Assembly (NCBI RefSeq): GCF_032444005.1 | Contig: NC_091282.1 | Coordinates: 554,404,001 to 554,468,000, forward strand | Length of the DNA stretch: 64,000 nt | Direction of reading: 5' to 3' | From: Ranitomeya imitator | Lineage: Eukaryota | Part shown: in pieces, positions 24,001 to 35,530 of the stretch | How positions within the stretch are numbered: the stretch's first letter is position 1 | Layout of the letters: every line of letters begins with the position of its first letter | Translations under genes and position numbers: made by a program | Notes under the pieces: generated by a model | Seen by the model: only the letters and a program-made list of their open reading frames with translations | Told to the model about the DNA's origin: nothing | The model's database searches: none

Positions 24001-24606
24001 TCACAAGGGTAACAGGAGAAATTGGACCTCAATACTTGTTGTCCAGTTTGTCCGGAGAACGCTGATACCCCATATGTGGGGGGGGGGGGGGAACCACTGT
24101 TTGGGCACAAAGGGAAGTAGTGACGTTTTGAAATGCAGACTTTGATGGAATGGTCTGCGGGCGTCACGTTGCGTTTGCAGAGCCCCTGATGTGCTTAAAC
24201 AGTAGAAACCCCCCACAAGTGACCCCATTTTGGAAACTAGACCCCCCAAGGAACTTATCTAGATATGTGGTGAGCACTTTGAACCCCCAAGTGCGTCACA
24301 GAAGTTTACAACGCAGAGCTGTAAAAATAAAAAAATCATTTTTCTTTCCTCAAAAAATGTTTTAGCAAGCAATTTTTTATTTTCACAAGGGTAACAGGAG
24401 AAATTGGCCCCCAATAATTGTTGCCCAGTTTGTCCTGAGTATGCTGGTATCCCATATGGGGGGTAAACCACTGTTTGGGCGCACGTCAGGGCTCGGAAGG
24501 GAGGGAGCACCATATGACTTTTTGAACACAAGACTGGCTGGAATCAATGGTGGCACCATGTTGCATTTGGAGACCCCTGATGTGCCTAAACAGTGGACCC
24601 TCAATT

Positions 24607-25266
24607 CTAACTCCAACACTAACCCCAACCCTAATCCCAGCTGTAGCCATAACCCTAATCACAACCCTAACCCCAACACACCCCTAAACACAACCCTAAC
24701 CCCAACACCCGTAACCCTAATCCCAACCCTAACCCTAATCCCAACCCTAACCCTAATCCCAACCACAACTTTAACCCCAACACACACCTAACCCTAACCA
24801 CAAGCCTAATCTTAACCCTATTTCCAACTCTAGCCCTAATTCCAACCCTAACTCTAATTCCAACCTTAACCCTAAGGCAATGTGCCCACGTTGCGGATTC
24901 GTGTGAGATTTTTCCGCACCATTTTTTAAAAATCCGCAGATAAAAGGCACTGCGTTTTACCTGCGGATTTCCAGTGTTTTTTTGTGCAGATTTCACCAGC
25001 GGATTCCTATTGAGGAACAGGTGTAAAACGCTGCGGAATCCGCACAAAGAATTGACATGCTGCGGAAAATACAACGCAGCGTTTCCGCACCATGGGCACA
25101 GCGGATTTTGTTTTCCATAGGTTTACATGGTACTGTAAACCTGATGGAAAACTGCTATGAATCCGCAGCGGATCCGTGGACAATCCGCAGTGGATCCGCA
25201 GCTAAATCCGCACCGTGTGCACATAGCCTAATTCTAACCCTAACCCTAGTTCTAACCCTAGCCCTA
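24607..25266. repeat. Degenerate interstitial telomere-like (CCCTAA)n array, interrupted by a MITE
   Basis: ccctaa/cccaa/cctaat hexamers, including ccctaaccctaatcccaa 18-mers. Confidence 0.85.
24876..25228. mobile_element. PIF/Harbinger-type MITE
   Basis: TIRs ggcaatgtgcccacg / cgtgtgcacatagcc; TAA TSD taken from a CCCTAA unit. Confidence 0.8.
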
Positions 25267-27760
25267 GTGGAAAAAGAAAATATATTTTCTTTATTTTATT
25301 ATTGTCCCTACCTATGGGGGTGATAAAGGGGGGGGGAAGTTCATTTACTATTTTTTTTTATTTTGATCACTGTGATAGGTTTTATCACAGTGATCAAAAT
25401 GTACCTGTAACGAATCTGCCGGCCGGTAGATTCGGCTGGCGCACTGCGCATGCGCCCGCCATTTTGGAAGATGGCGGCGCCTATGGAGAAGACGGACGGC
25501 TTGGTAAGTATGAAGGGGGGAGATCGGAGCACAGGGGGTGAGATCGGAGCACGGGGGGAGCAGACAGGAGAGCAGACAGGATGACGGAGGGGAGCGGAGC
25601 ATAGAACGGAGGACTGGGGAGGAGATCGGTGGTGGTGGGGGCAGATCAGGGTTTCCAGCCATGGCTGATAATATTGCAGCATCGGCCATGGCTGGATTGT
25701 AATATTTCACTAGTTTTCATATGTGAAATATTACAAATCGCTCTGATTGGCTGTTTCACTTTCAACAGCCAATCAGAGCGATCGTAGCCCTGGGCTGAAG
25801 TACCACTCCCCCTGTCCTTGCAGATCGGGTGAAATTGGAGTTAACCCTTTCACCCGATCTACAGGGACGCGTCCCTCAATGACGCCACATAGGCGTCACA
25901 GGTCGGATTGGCACCGACTTTCATGACGCCTACATGGCGTCAAAGGTCGGGAAGGGGTTAACTTTGTTTCAGGTGACAAGGGTCTTCAGTTGGATTAAGA
26001 GTATAATAAAATATTAAAACACCATATGTCTATTTCATTAAAATACTTTTTAATAATGTGTGTGTGTTTTATTAACCATTTCGTACTATTGGATTAATAA
26101 TGGATAGGTGTCATAATTGACGCCTCTCCATTATTAACCTGGCTTAATGTCACCTTACAATAGCAAGGTGACTTTAACCCTTCATTACCCCATATCCCAC
26201 TGCTACAGGGGAGTGGGAAGAGAGCGGCCAAGTGCCAGAATAGGCGCATCTTTCAGATGTGCCTTTTCTGGGGTGGCTGGGGGCAGATGTTTTTAGCCAG
26301 GGGGGGTCCTATAACCATGGTCCCTCTCTAGGCTATTAATATCTGCTCTCAGTCACTGGCTTTCCCACTCTGGCGGAGAAAATTGTGTGGGAGCCCACGC
26401 CAATTTTTTTCTGGGATTTAACCCTTTAATTTAATAGTTAGAGACCCCAAATTTGACACAAAGACACTTCTTATATTACTAAAGAGGAATATGTAATAAA
26501 AGAAGGGATATGAGACGGTTTACTGTATGTAAACCATGTCTCATATCCTGTCGGGTTTGGGAAGGAGATAGGAAAAGCCGGCAATTGAATTACCGGCTTT
26601 TCTGCCATCTAGCGCTGAATTAAATATAAATATATGTATGTCTCACTGACATATATATATACTTATACTATGTGTACACATTTATTCTAGCTATTCTATT
26701 CTGTCAGTGTGATTTTACTGTACACCGCGCTGAATTGCCGGCTTTTCTATAGAACACCGCTGCGTATTTCTCGCAAGTCACACGCATGGTCCGTGTGTAA
26801 TTCGTAATTTTCTCGCCCCCATAGACTTTCATTGGCATATTTTTTGCGCAATACGCTGACAAAAGCAGCATGTTGAAATTTTCTACGCCCATAATATGCC
26901 GTATATTACGGATGCGTAATATACGACAGATAGGAGCTGCCCCATAGAGAATCATTGGGCCGTGTGCAATGCGTATTTTCTGGACGTATTTTCTGCACTC
27001 GTACGTCCGTAAAACTCGCTAGTGTGACGCCGGCCTTATGCTTCAGCAAATCCAAGTGATAGAGATTTTTTTTGTGGCAAATTGTACTTTTGTATGTTAG
27101 TGACAAATTTCGGTAGATTTTTTTTTTTTCGTTTCTTTGTGGAAATATCAGAATTTTGGTAAAAAATGTTGACATTTTTAAACTATCAATATTTATATTC
27201 TTAAACCAGTTAGTCATGCAGTACAAAATAATTTGTAAACATTTCCCATGTCTACTTTACATCAGCATCATTTTTTAAATACAATTTTCTTTTTGCTAGG
27301 AAGTTAGAAGGGTTAAAAGTTTATCAGTAATTTCTCATTTTCTCTGTCCCCCATGACGGCACCACAGAAAGAGGGGATACGCCCATCAAGGACAGGAAAC
27401 CTACAGAAAAAAAGGCGGTACCTCTCTCCCGCATCAGTTTGGTTTCCTGTCCTTGATGGGGAACCTGCAGCAAGCTTACCTTGAATCTTCGTGGGATGCC
27501 GGGGACAGTCTGATCCAGGCAGCGGGGGTTCCCTGCCTCGGCTGGCGTGGTCACCCGAAGCGCCACCGCTGGGGTCAGTGAGCCTCTAGGATGTGAGGCG
27601 GCAAGGAAGAGGATCACGGCCGCCTCTCCGGGAAATCCTCTTCATGGTGACAGGTCGCCGGCAGCACGCCACCGCGGGAGTCCCTCTGGGTGGGGAGGAG
27701 GCAGTAACTGGAGCAAGCTGAGGAGAATCTCAGCTTAAAGGGAAAACATCTCGAGACATT

Positions 27761-28069
27761 ATGTTTAACACCTTGCCAGTAATGAAGGGGTCGGCTGCTT
27801 TCCAGGCGGATGTGTCTGCGGACTCTATCAGACTTGCTGCTAGATCAGCAGTCTTTTCTAATGCAGCTAGACGGGCCCTTTGGCTTAAATGTTGGCTGGG
27901 GGATCTCCAGACCAAATCAAAGTTATGTACCATTCCCTGTGAGGGAGAGTTCTTATTTGGTTCCACCCTGGACGACATCCTGGATAAAGCGGGGATAAGA
28001 AAAAGTCCTTCCCTATTCTCTCTTACCCATCCTACAGAGGCCCTTTCGGAGCAAGAGGTTTATCCGTAG
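27761..28069 (+). pseudogene. DIRS gag C-terminal remnant
   Basis: RRALWLKCWLGDLQTKSKLCTIPCEGEFLFGSTLDDIL resembles the vertebrate DIRS ORF1 motif RRxLWLxxWxxD...LFG. Confidence 0.7.
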
Positions 28070-28359
28070 GAGACCAACAAGAGCTCAGGATAGATGGGAA
28101 GACAAAAAGAATAAAAATAAGGGGTTCATGTTCACCAAAAGCCCCACTGACAATAAAAACCTTCCCAATGAACTTTTGCCCCTGGTGGGGGGAAGGTTGT
28201 CCCTCTTTCTCTCAGCCTGGAAAAAATGATGCCACACGGTAAATCACAGGGCCCTATGTATGGGGTGCGGAGATTCCGGATGTGTGCAATGAACACATCC
28301 TGAACCACCGCGCGTACAGAAGGGGGCGGCACTTTGGGCAGAGTGGGTTTTCCACTCCA

Positions 28360-30190
28360 AAGCGCCGTGATTACGGACCGTGGACATGCACCCTAAGAGT
28401 GCAGCCATTCAAAATGGAAACAATAAAAGCATCAATAAAAATGTAGTTTCCACTTTGTTTCATGGCAATGTTAGATCTAAAGGACGCATATTATCACGTC
28501 CCCATCCACAGAGGTAATCAAAGATTCCTCAGGATAGCAGTCCGAATCAAGGGGGCAGCACGGTGGCGCAGTGGTTAGCACAGCAGCCTTGCAGCGCTGG
28601 AATCCTGGGTTCAAACCCCACCAAGGACAACATCTGCAAAGAGTTTGTATGTTCTCTCCGTGTTTGTGTGGGTTTCCTCCGGGTACTCTGGTTTCCTCCC
28701 ACATCCCGAAGACATACTGATAGGGAATTTAGATTGTGAGCCCCAACGGGGACAGTGATGATAACGGGTGCAACCTGTAAAGCGCTGCGGAATATGTTAG
28801 CGCTATATAAAAATAAAGATTATTATTATTAAGGGGGTGATAAAACATTACCAATTTGCAGCCCTCCCCTTTGGGCTGGATATAGCACCTCGAGTATTCA
28901 CCAAACTGGTGGCAGAGGTTATGGCCCACCTGAGGGAACAAGACACTCTAATCGTGCCATATCTAGATGTCTTCCTGGTGGTCGGCAACTCCCCCCAGCA
29001 TTGTGAAGCTCAGTTAGAGAAGATCATGCACTCCTTAAAAAACTTGGGCTTGCTTGTGAACCTGACAAAGTCCAAATTAGTACCAAGCCAGGTACAGGAA
29101 TATCTGGGCATCACATTAGATTCTGTCCAGCAGGAATGCCGTCTACCCTTGGGAAAAATTCAAAAGATGGTGGGGTTAGTGTCTAGAGCGAGGGATCTCC
29201 CCTCCATATCCTTACGAGATGCAATGTCCCTCCTGGGGTCCATGACAGCATGCATCCCCGCGGTTCAATGGGCTCAGCTACACACGAGGGATCTCCAATG
29301 TCAGATTTTGTCAGAAGGTCGGTTCAGTTTATCACCAAACACAGCTCTCTCTCTAGAGTGGTGGATGAAGACAAGCAATCTGACCAGAGGTGTCCCATGG
29401 GTAGTCCCGATCTCAAAAGTGGTGACTATAGACGCAAGCCCCAATGGTTGGGGGGCCCATCTGAATGATCTCATAGCACAGGGGGTCTGGTCAGAAGACC
29501 TGAAGGGAGCGTCTTCCAATATGAAAGAGCTACTTGCAGTAAAATTTGCACTCTTAAGATTCCTAAATTATCTTCACTCCCATCATATCAGAGTATTATC
29601 AGACAACCGAGCAGTGGTAGCCTACTTAAATCACCAAGGGGGTACCGATCCCAGTCACTAATGAAGGTAACAAAATCAATCTTCCATCTAGCCGAGAGCA
29701 ACCTAGGGTCCTTGACGGGCCTTCACATAAGAGGGGTGGATAATTACAGGGCAGACTTTCTGAGTCGGTCCCACCTGAGAAAGGGAGAATGGGAATTGAA
29801 CCAATCTATATTTAATCAAATCTCAGAAAGATGGGGAACATCAGACATAGATCTATTTGCGAACAATCTGAACGGGAAGGTGGATAACTTCTGCTCTATC
29901 ACACCATTAGGGAACCCGTCACATTAGATGCATTCCTAATTCCATGGAACTATCGGCTAGCATATGCATTTCCCCCAATCGCACTAATACCAAAAGTCCT
30001 GAGGAAAATATGGGAAGACAGAGCTCGTGTAGTCTTGATCGCCACCTTCTGGCCAAAGAGGATTTGGTTCTCTTGGATGAGGATGATGTCCGTCTCCGAC
30101 CCTTGGGTGCTCCAGGATCTTCAAAATCTCCTCTCCCAGGGACCAGTAGCGCACCCACAGGTAGCAAATTTACACTTAACTGCCTGGAAT
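28360..30190 (+). pseudogene. DIRS RT-RNaseH-methyltransferase-like ORF (stops, frameshifts, SINE insertion)
   Basis: Motifs LDLKDAYYHVPIH, YQFAALPFGL, YLDVFL, YLGITLD, TIDASPNGWGA, NMKELLAV, SDNRAVVAYLNHQGG, IDLFA and YAFPP. Confidence 0.92.
28556..28830 (+). mobile_element. tRNA-derived V-SINE-like element
   Basis: A box tggcgcagtgg, B box ggttcaaaccc, central gggtttcctccgggtactctggtttcctccca (V-domain-like), (TAT)n tail, 7-bp TSD AAGGGGG (28549-28555, 28831-28837). Removing it restores the reading frame RIKGVIKHYQF. Confidence 0.88.
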
Positions 30191-30199
30191 TTGAAAGAG

Positions 30200-31610
30200 G
30201 GCTACTAAGGGATACAGGGTTCTCGCCGGGGCTGGTGTCAACCCTTCTGCAAAGCAGGAAACTGATAACGACCAAACAATACGGTAAAATCTGGAAAAAA
30301 TTCCTTTCATCCTCTGGCACTAAAGTAAATGAGGGAGCTCCTCTTAGAGCCATAGTAGAGTTCATGCAGAGGGGGTTGGAACAAGGTCTGGCCACAAGTA
30401 CCCTAAAGGTCCAGGTTGCAGCCCTGGGGGCTTTGTTCAATTACGATCTAGCAGGGAATTCTGGGTTTCCAGGTTTGTTAAAGTGGGTGAAAGGTCTAGA
30501 CCCCTACCCTTGCGGGATGCCCCTCAGTGGGATTTAAATTTAGTCCTTACAGCCCTAACTAAATCTCCCTTTGAACCCTTTTCGGACGCTCCCTTGAGAA
30601 TCATCCCTTAAAACATCCCTATTGGTCGCTCTTACAGTCAGGGTCAGTGATTTACAAGCATTATCAGCTAGCCCCCCTTTCACATAGACCTTGGATGATA
30701 GGGTTGTTCTCAAGACAGACCCAGCCTACCTTCCAAAAGTAGCTTCTTGATTCCATAGATCACAGGAGATTTCCTTTCCCTCCTTTTGCCCTAAGGCCGG
30801 CATCACACTGGCGTTTAAAACGGCCGAGTGCAATGCGATAAAAAAATCGCATTGCACTCGGACCAATATTAAGTTATGGGGCCGCTCCCAGCAGTCGACT
30901 TTTTGTCGGCCGTTTTCCTCGGTCCGAGACAATCGCAGCATGCTGCGATTGTCTCGGACCGAGGAAAACTCGCGGCTCACTCGCACCCATATAAGCCTAT
31001 GGGTGCGAGTGAGACAGCGCACACCACTCGGATAACATCCGAGTGATGTGCGTTATAACCGGAACCCAGCAATGGAGGAGATGGAGAAATTCATTTCTCC
31101 GCCTCCTCCGCAGCTGTGCTCCGATCCTCCCTGTGCGAGAGAATCGGAGCACAGACGCATGACACTCGGCTCCTGCTCTGCTGTGTGCAGGAGCCGAGGG
31201 TCATTAGCATATCGCATCCGATGCTCTCGCATCGGATGCAATACGCTAGTGTGACGCCGGCCTAACCCTAAAAACGAGGAGGAAAAAACCTTACACACGC
31301 TAGATGTCAGAAGATGCCTGATTCATTACCTAGAGGCAACTAGAGAGTGTAGGGAGGATAGATCTCTTTTTGTATGTTTCCAGGGCTCGCGGAAGGGGAA
31401 AAAAGCCTCCAAAAGCACATTAGCAAGATGGATCAGAGACGCCATCAACCTGTCGTATGCATCAAGTGGGGTGTTCGCCCCGGAGAAAATTAAAGCTCAC
31501 TCAATGAGAGCAGTGGCAGCCTCCTGGGCGGAAAGAGCCGGTGCTTCAATTGATCAGATATGTAGAGCTGCTACTTGGTCTTCCTCCTCTACATTCTTTA
31601 AGCAAAAGGG
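30200..31610 (+). pseudogene. DIRS tyrosine recombinase remnant
   Basis: Motifs STLKVQVAAL, RVSDLQAL, LDVRRCL, STLARWI, AHSMRAVAASWA and ICRAATWSS; broken by stops, frameshifts and a MITE. Confidence 0.9.
30795..31262. mobile_element. PIF/Harbinger-type MITE inside the DIRS YR gene
   Basis: 20-bp TIRs with 2 mismatches (ggccggcatcacactggcgt / acgctagtgtgacgccggcc) and TAA TSDs. Excision restores FCPNPKNEEEK. Confidence 0.88.
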
Positions 31611-32147
31611 TTCTGGAAGCGGTGGTCCCTCCCTAATGTACAGTCTCTGCAATTCTCTCCTTGGTGCTGTCATGGGGGACAGAGAAAAATATAGTTACTT
31701 AACGATAACGGTATTTCTCTGAGCCCATGACGGCACCGTTCACTCCCTCCCTTCACATGTGGGTGTGCACACTAGTTAAAATTACGCTAGTACTTAAGAA
31801 ATAATCACGTGGTATCTCTGTTAAGACTTTAGTAATGTTGAATATGTTTTCTTTTATTAACCTAACGTTCCCTTTATGCTTTGTAAACAACTGATGCGGG
31901 AGAGAGGTACCGCCTTTTTTTCTGTAGGTTTCCTGTCCTTGATCGGCGGATCCCCTCTCTACGTGGGGTGCCGTCATGGGCTCAAGAGAAATACCGTTAT
32001 CGGTAACTATATTTTTTTCCACCAAAATTTACAAAACAGTTTTTTTAGGGACCACATCACGTTTTAAGTGACTTTGAGGGTCCTATATGACAAAAAATAC
32101 CGAGAAGTGACACTTTATTAACTCTTTAGGTGCTTCACATGAATTAA

Positions 32148-33421
32148 CCCCTTCAAGTCGCGGCCCTTTTTCATTTTTGCGTTTTCGTTTTTCACTTCCC
32201 TCCTTCCCTGAGCCATAACTTTTTTATTTTTCCGTCAATTTGGCCATGTGAGAGCTTATTTTTTGCGGGACGAGTTGTACTTTTGAACGACACCATTGGT
32301 TTTACCATGTCTTTTACTAGAAAACGGGAAAAAAATTCCAAGTGCGGTGAAATTGCAAAAAAAGTGCAATCCCACACTTGTTTTTTGTTTGGCTTTTTTG
32401 CTAAGTTCACTAAATGCTAAAACTGACCTGCCATTATGATTCTCTAGGTCATTACGAGTTCATAGACACCTAACATGTCTAGTTTATTTTTTATCCAAGT
32501 GGAGAAAAAAAATTCCAAACTTTGCTTTAAAAAAAAAAAAAAAAAAGTGCCATTTTCCGATACCCGTAGCGTCTCCATTTTTTGTGATCTGGGGTCGGGT
32601 GAGGGCTTATTTTTTGCTTGCCCAGCTGATGTTTTTAATGATACCATTTTTGCGCACATACGTTCTTTTGATCGCCCGTTATTGCATTTTAATGCAATGT
32701 CGCGGTGACCAAAAAAACGTAATTCTGGCGTTTCGGATTTTTTTCTTGCTACGCCGTTTAGCGATCAGGTTAATGCTTTTTTTTAATTGATAGATCGGGC
32801 GATTCTGAACGCGGCGATACCAAATATGTGTATGTTTGATTTTTTTTTTATTGTTTTATTTAGGATGGGGCGAAAGGGGGGTGATTTAAACTTTTATATT
32901 TTTTTCATATTTTTAAAAACCTTTTTTTTTTACTTGTGCCATGCTTCAATAGCCTCCATGGGAGGCTAGAAGCTGGCATAGCCTGATCGACTCTGCTACA
33001 TAGCAGCGATCATCAGATCGCTGCTATGTAGCTGAAATGCAGGTGTGCTGTGAGCGCCGACCACAGGGGGGCGCTCACAGCAGGCCTGCATCAGTAACCA
33101 TAGAGGTCTCAAGGACCTCTATGGTTACCTTCCTGATGCATCGCCGACCCCCGATCATGTGACGGGGGTCGGCGATGACGTCATTTCCGGCCGCCCGGCC
33201 GGATGCGGTAGTTAGATGCCACTGTCTGTGTTTGACAGCGGCATTTAACAGGTTAATAGCGGCGGGTGAATAGCAATTTCACCCGCCGCTATTGCGCGCA
33301 CATGTCAGCTGTACAAAACAGCTGACATGTCGCAACTTTGATGCGGGCTCACCGCCGGAGCCCTCATCAAAGGGGGATTCACGGCATGCGCCGTACTAGT
33401 ACGGCGCATGTCGTGAAGGGG
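32148..33421. mobile_element. Non-autonomous piggyBac-like element (inverted relative of 3684-4912)
   Basis: TTAA TSDs (32144-32147, 33422-33425), ccccttca...tgaagggg termini, extensive reverse-complement identity to 3684-4912. Confidence 0.8.
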
Positions 33422-34125
33422 TTAAAGCAATGTGGAGGGAAAAAAATGAACAAAAATGTTACTTTGGTCCCAGTTTTTTCATTTTTACAAGGGTAACAAG
33501 AGAAAGTGAACCATAAAATTTGTTGTATAATTTCTCCTGAGTATGCCAATACCCCATATGTGGTGGAAAACTACTTTTTGGGCGCACAGTAGGGCTCGGA
33601 AGGGGAGGAGAACTAATTGTCTTTTGGAGTGCAAAATTGGCTGGAATAGATAATGGATGCCATGTCATATTTGCAGAACCCCTGATGTGCCTAAACAGTG
33701 TATATCCCCCACAAGTGACCCTTTTTTGTAAACTAGACCCTTCAAGGAACTTATCTAGAAGTGTGGTGAGAACCTTCGACCCACAGGTGCATCACAAAAT
33801 TTATAACTTTGAGCTGTGAAAATGAAAAAAATACATTTTTCCCCTCAAACATGTTCCTTTTCCCCAACTTTTTCATTTTCACAAGAGTAACAGGAGAAAA
33901 TGAACCATACAATTTGTTGTGCAATTTTTCATGAGTACGCCAATGCCAATATGTGGTAAAAAACTACTAGAATGGAGTGCCATTTGACTTCTGGAGCGCA
34001 AATTTGGCTGGAATAGATAGCAATCGCCATGTCGTGTTTGCAAAGTCTCTCATGTGCCTAAACAGTGGAAACCCCCCCCAAAATGACCCCATTTTGGAAA
34101 CTACACCCTTCAAGGAAATTACAGT

Positions 34126-35036
34126 TTATAGCGCTGCTGCTCGCGCCCCTGAATGGTGTCCCCTTCTCCCTCCGTGCAGGAATGCCAGCTTACTGCCCCA
34201 GCCCAGTGTAGTCTCCCGATGTATCCTTTCTGTTTCCTGGTGTGTGTGCTCCCCTGTTCTTAAAGGGGCAGCGTGCGCATATACTAAATGCTCTCAGCTT
34301 GTCGCTAATGGGCATTTAGTATAATATAGTGTACCTGCAAGATTTCTCCCAGCCAATAGCTGGGAGGCATCTTGTATAAAGGACTACCTTCTCCACTAGG
34401 GAGTCGCTAAGCAACGTGCAAAGTCAATAGTGAGTAAGGTGTACTTCTAGTAATATGTAAGATCCCCTGATCTCGGTGCAGCCACTTCTGTATCAAATAG
34501 TACCCTGTGATCTGGAGGGGCCAGTGCCTGAATATTGTCTTCTGTTCCCAGAGCGGCCTGAGCCTGAACCTTGTCCCCTGGTCCTGGAGGCACCTTTTTC
34601 TGAACCTTGTATCATGGTCCCAGAGTGACCAGTCCCCTGAACCTTGTACCCTGGTCCTGTAGCAGCCAGTGCCTGAACCTCATCCCCTGGTCCCGGAGCG
34701 GCCAGTGCCTGAACCTCATTCCCTGGTCCCGATGCGGCCAGTCTTGGTCCCAGTGCATCCAGTCCTGTTCCCAAAGTCCCCTGGTCCCAGTTCAGCCAGT
34801 GCATGAACTTTATCTCGCGAATCATGAGTGGCCAAACGTTGATCCAGTATCCTAGACCGGTGTGTCTGAACTAAGTGCAGTACTGGGTTCTGCCTAGGAG
34901 CTGTACTTGCTGGACAAGCCTGTACTCAGCACAAGTGGCTCCAGTGAACATCAAGGCAGCTGCTTAGTTATGCCCCTTCTTGGATAGGCCCGGCCCTGTG
35001 GCACAGTAGGTCCACAAAGCCATGGTTTGGTGTAAG
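34126..35036. mobile_element. Probable solo LTR with internal ~36-bp repeats
   Basis: Flanked by direct repeat ACAGT (34121-34125, 35037-35041). Termini deviate from TG..CA. ccctggtcc...gccagtgcctgaacct repeats at ~34540-34810. Confidence 0.5.
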
Positions 35037-35037
35037 A

Positions 35038-35530
35038 CAGTCATGGCTGAAAGTGTTGACACCCCTGAAATTGTTCCAGAAAATGAAGTATTTCTCCCGG
35101 AAAATTATTGCAATAGCACATATTTTGTTATATACATGTTTATTTCCTTTGTGTGTATTGGAACAACACAAAAAAAGAGGAAAAAGGCAAATTGGACATA
35201 ATTTCACACAAAACCCTCAAAATGGGCTGGACAAAATTGTTGGCATCCTCAATTTAATATTTGGTTGCATACCCTTTGGAATAAATAAACACAATCAATT
35301 ACTCTCTATAACCAGCAAAAAACGTCTTACGCATCTCAACTGGAATTTTTGACCACTCCAAACTGCACCAGGTCTCTCATATTTGAAGGGTGTCTTCTCC
35401 CAACAGTAATTTTAAGATCTCTCCCTAGTTGTTCAATAGGATTTAGATTTGGACTCATTGCTGGACACTTCAGAACTCTCTAGCGCTTTGTTTCCATCCA
35501 TTTCTGGGTGCTTCTTTTAGTATGTTTGGC
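35038..35530. mobile_element. Truncated Tc1-like transposon end
   Basis: cagtcatggctgaaagtgttgacacccctgaaatt is a Tc1-type TIR, followed by degenerate Tc1-like sequence. Confidence 0.65.

Larger units (their letters stand above)
22190..25957. mobile_element. piggyBac-like non-autonomous element with ~380-bp internal tandem units
   Basis: Right end aagggg-TTAA; left TIR missing. cccccaca(a/t)gtga recurs at ~23070, 23445, 23826 and 24210. Confidence 0.6.
20039..27035. mobile_element. Large composite PIF/Harbinger-type element with long inverted arms
   Basis: TIRs ggccgacgtcacactag / ctagtgtgacgccggcc; flanks TAA/TTA (one mismatch). ~700-bp internal inverted arms at ~21094-21805 and ~25958-26670. 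Confidence 0.65.
27338..32014 (+). mobile_element. DIRS1-type tyrosine-recombinase retrotransposon (defective, gag largely deleted)
   Basis: Left ITR ~27338-27439, right ITR plus extension ~31889-32014, ICR 31663-31737. Carries gag, RT/RNaseH/MT and YR remnants; inserted at a T-tract without a TSD. Confidence 0.93.
19947..34120. mobile_element. Old TTAA-flanked piggyBac-like element fragmented by many nested insertions
   Basis: Starts ttaa-ctcctt. Pieces at 19947-20038, 27039-27337, 32015-32147 and 33426-34120 join into a sequence collinear with the related copy at ~22190-25957. Confidence 0.6.

Noticed and set aside
24441-25074. Asn/Pro/Thr-rich and Gly/Leu-rich ORFs; a true telomere
   Set aside because: These are read-throughs of a degenerate CCCTAA array embedded in a transposon, with ordinary sequence on both sides.
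28556-28630. tRNA gene
   Set aside because: The A/B boxes belong to a SINE head: no convincing cloverleaf, and it is followed by a SINE body, tail and TSD.
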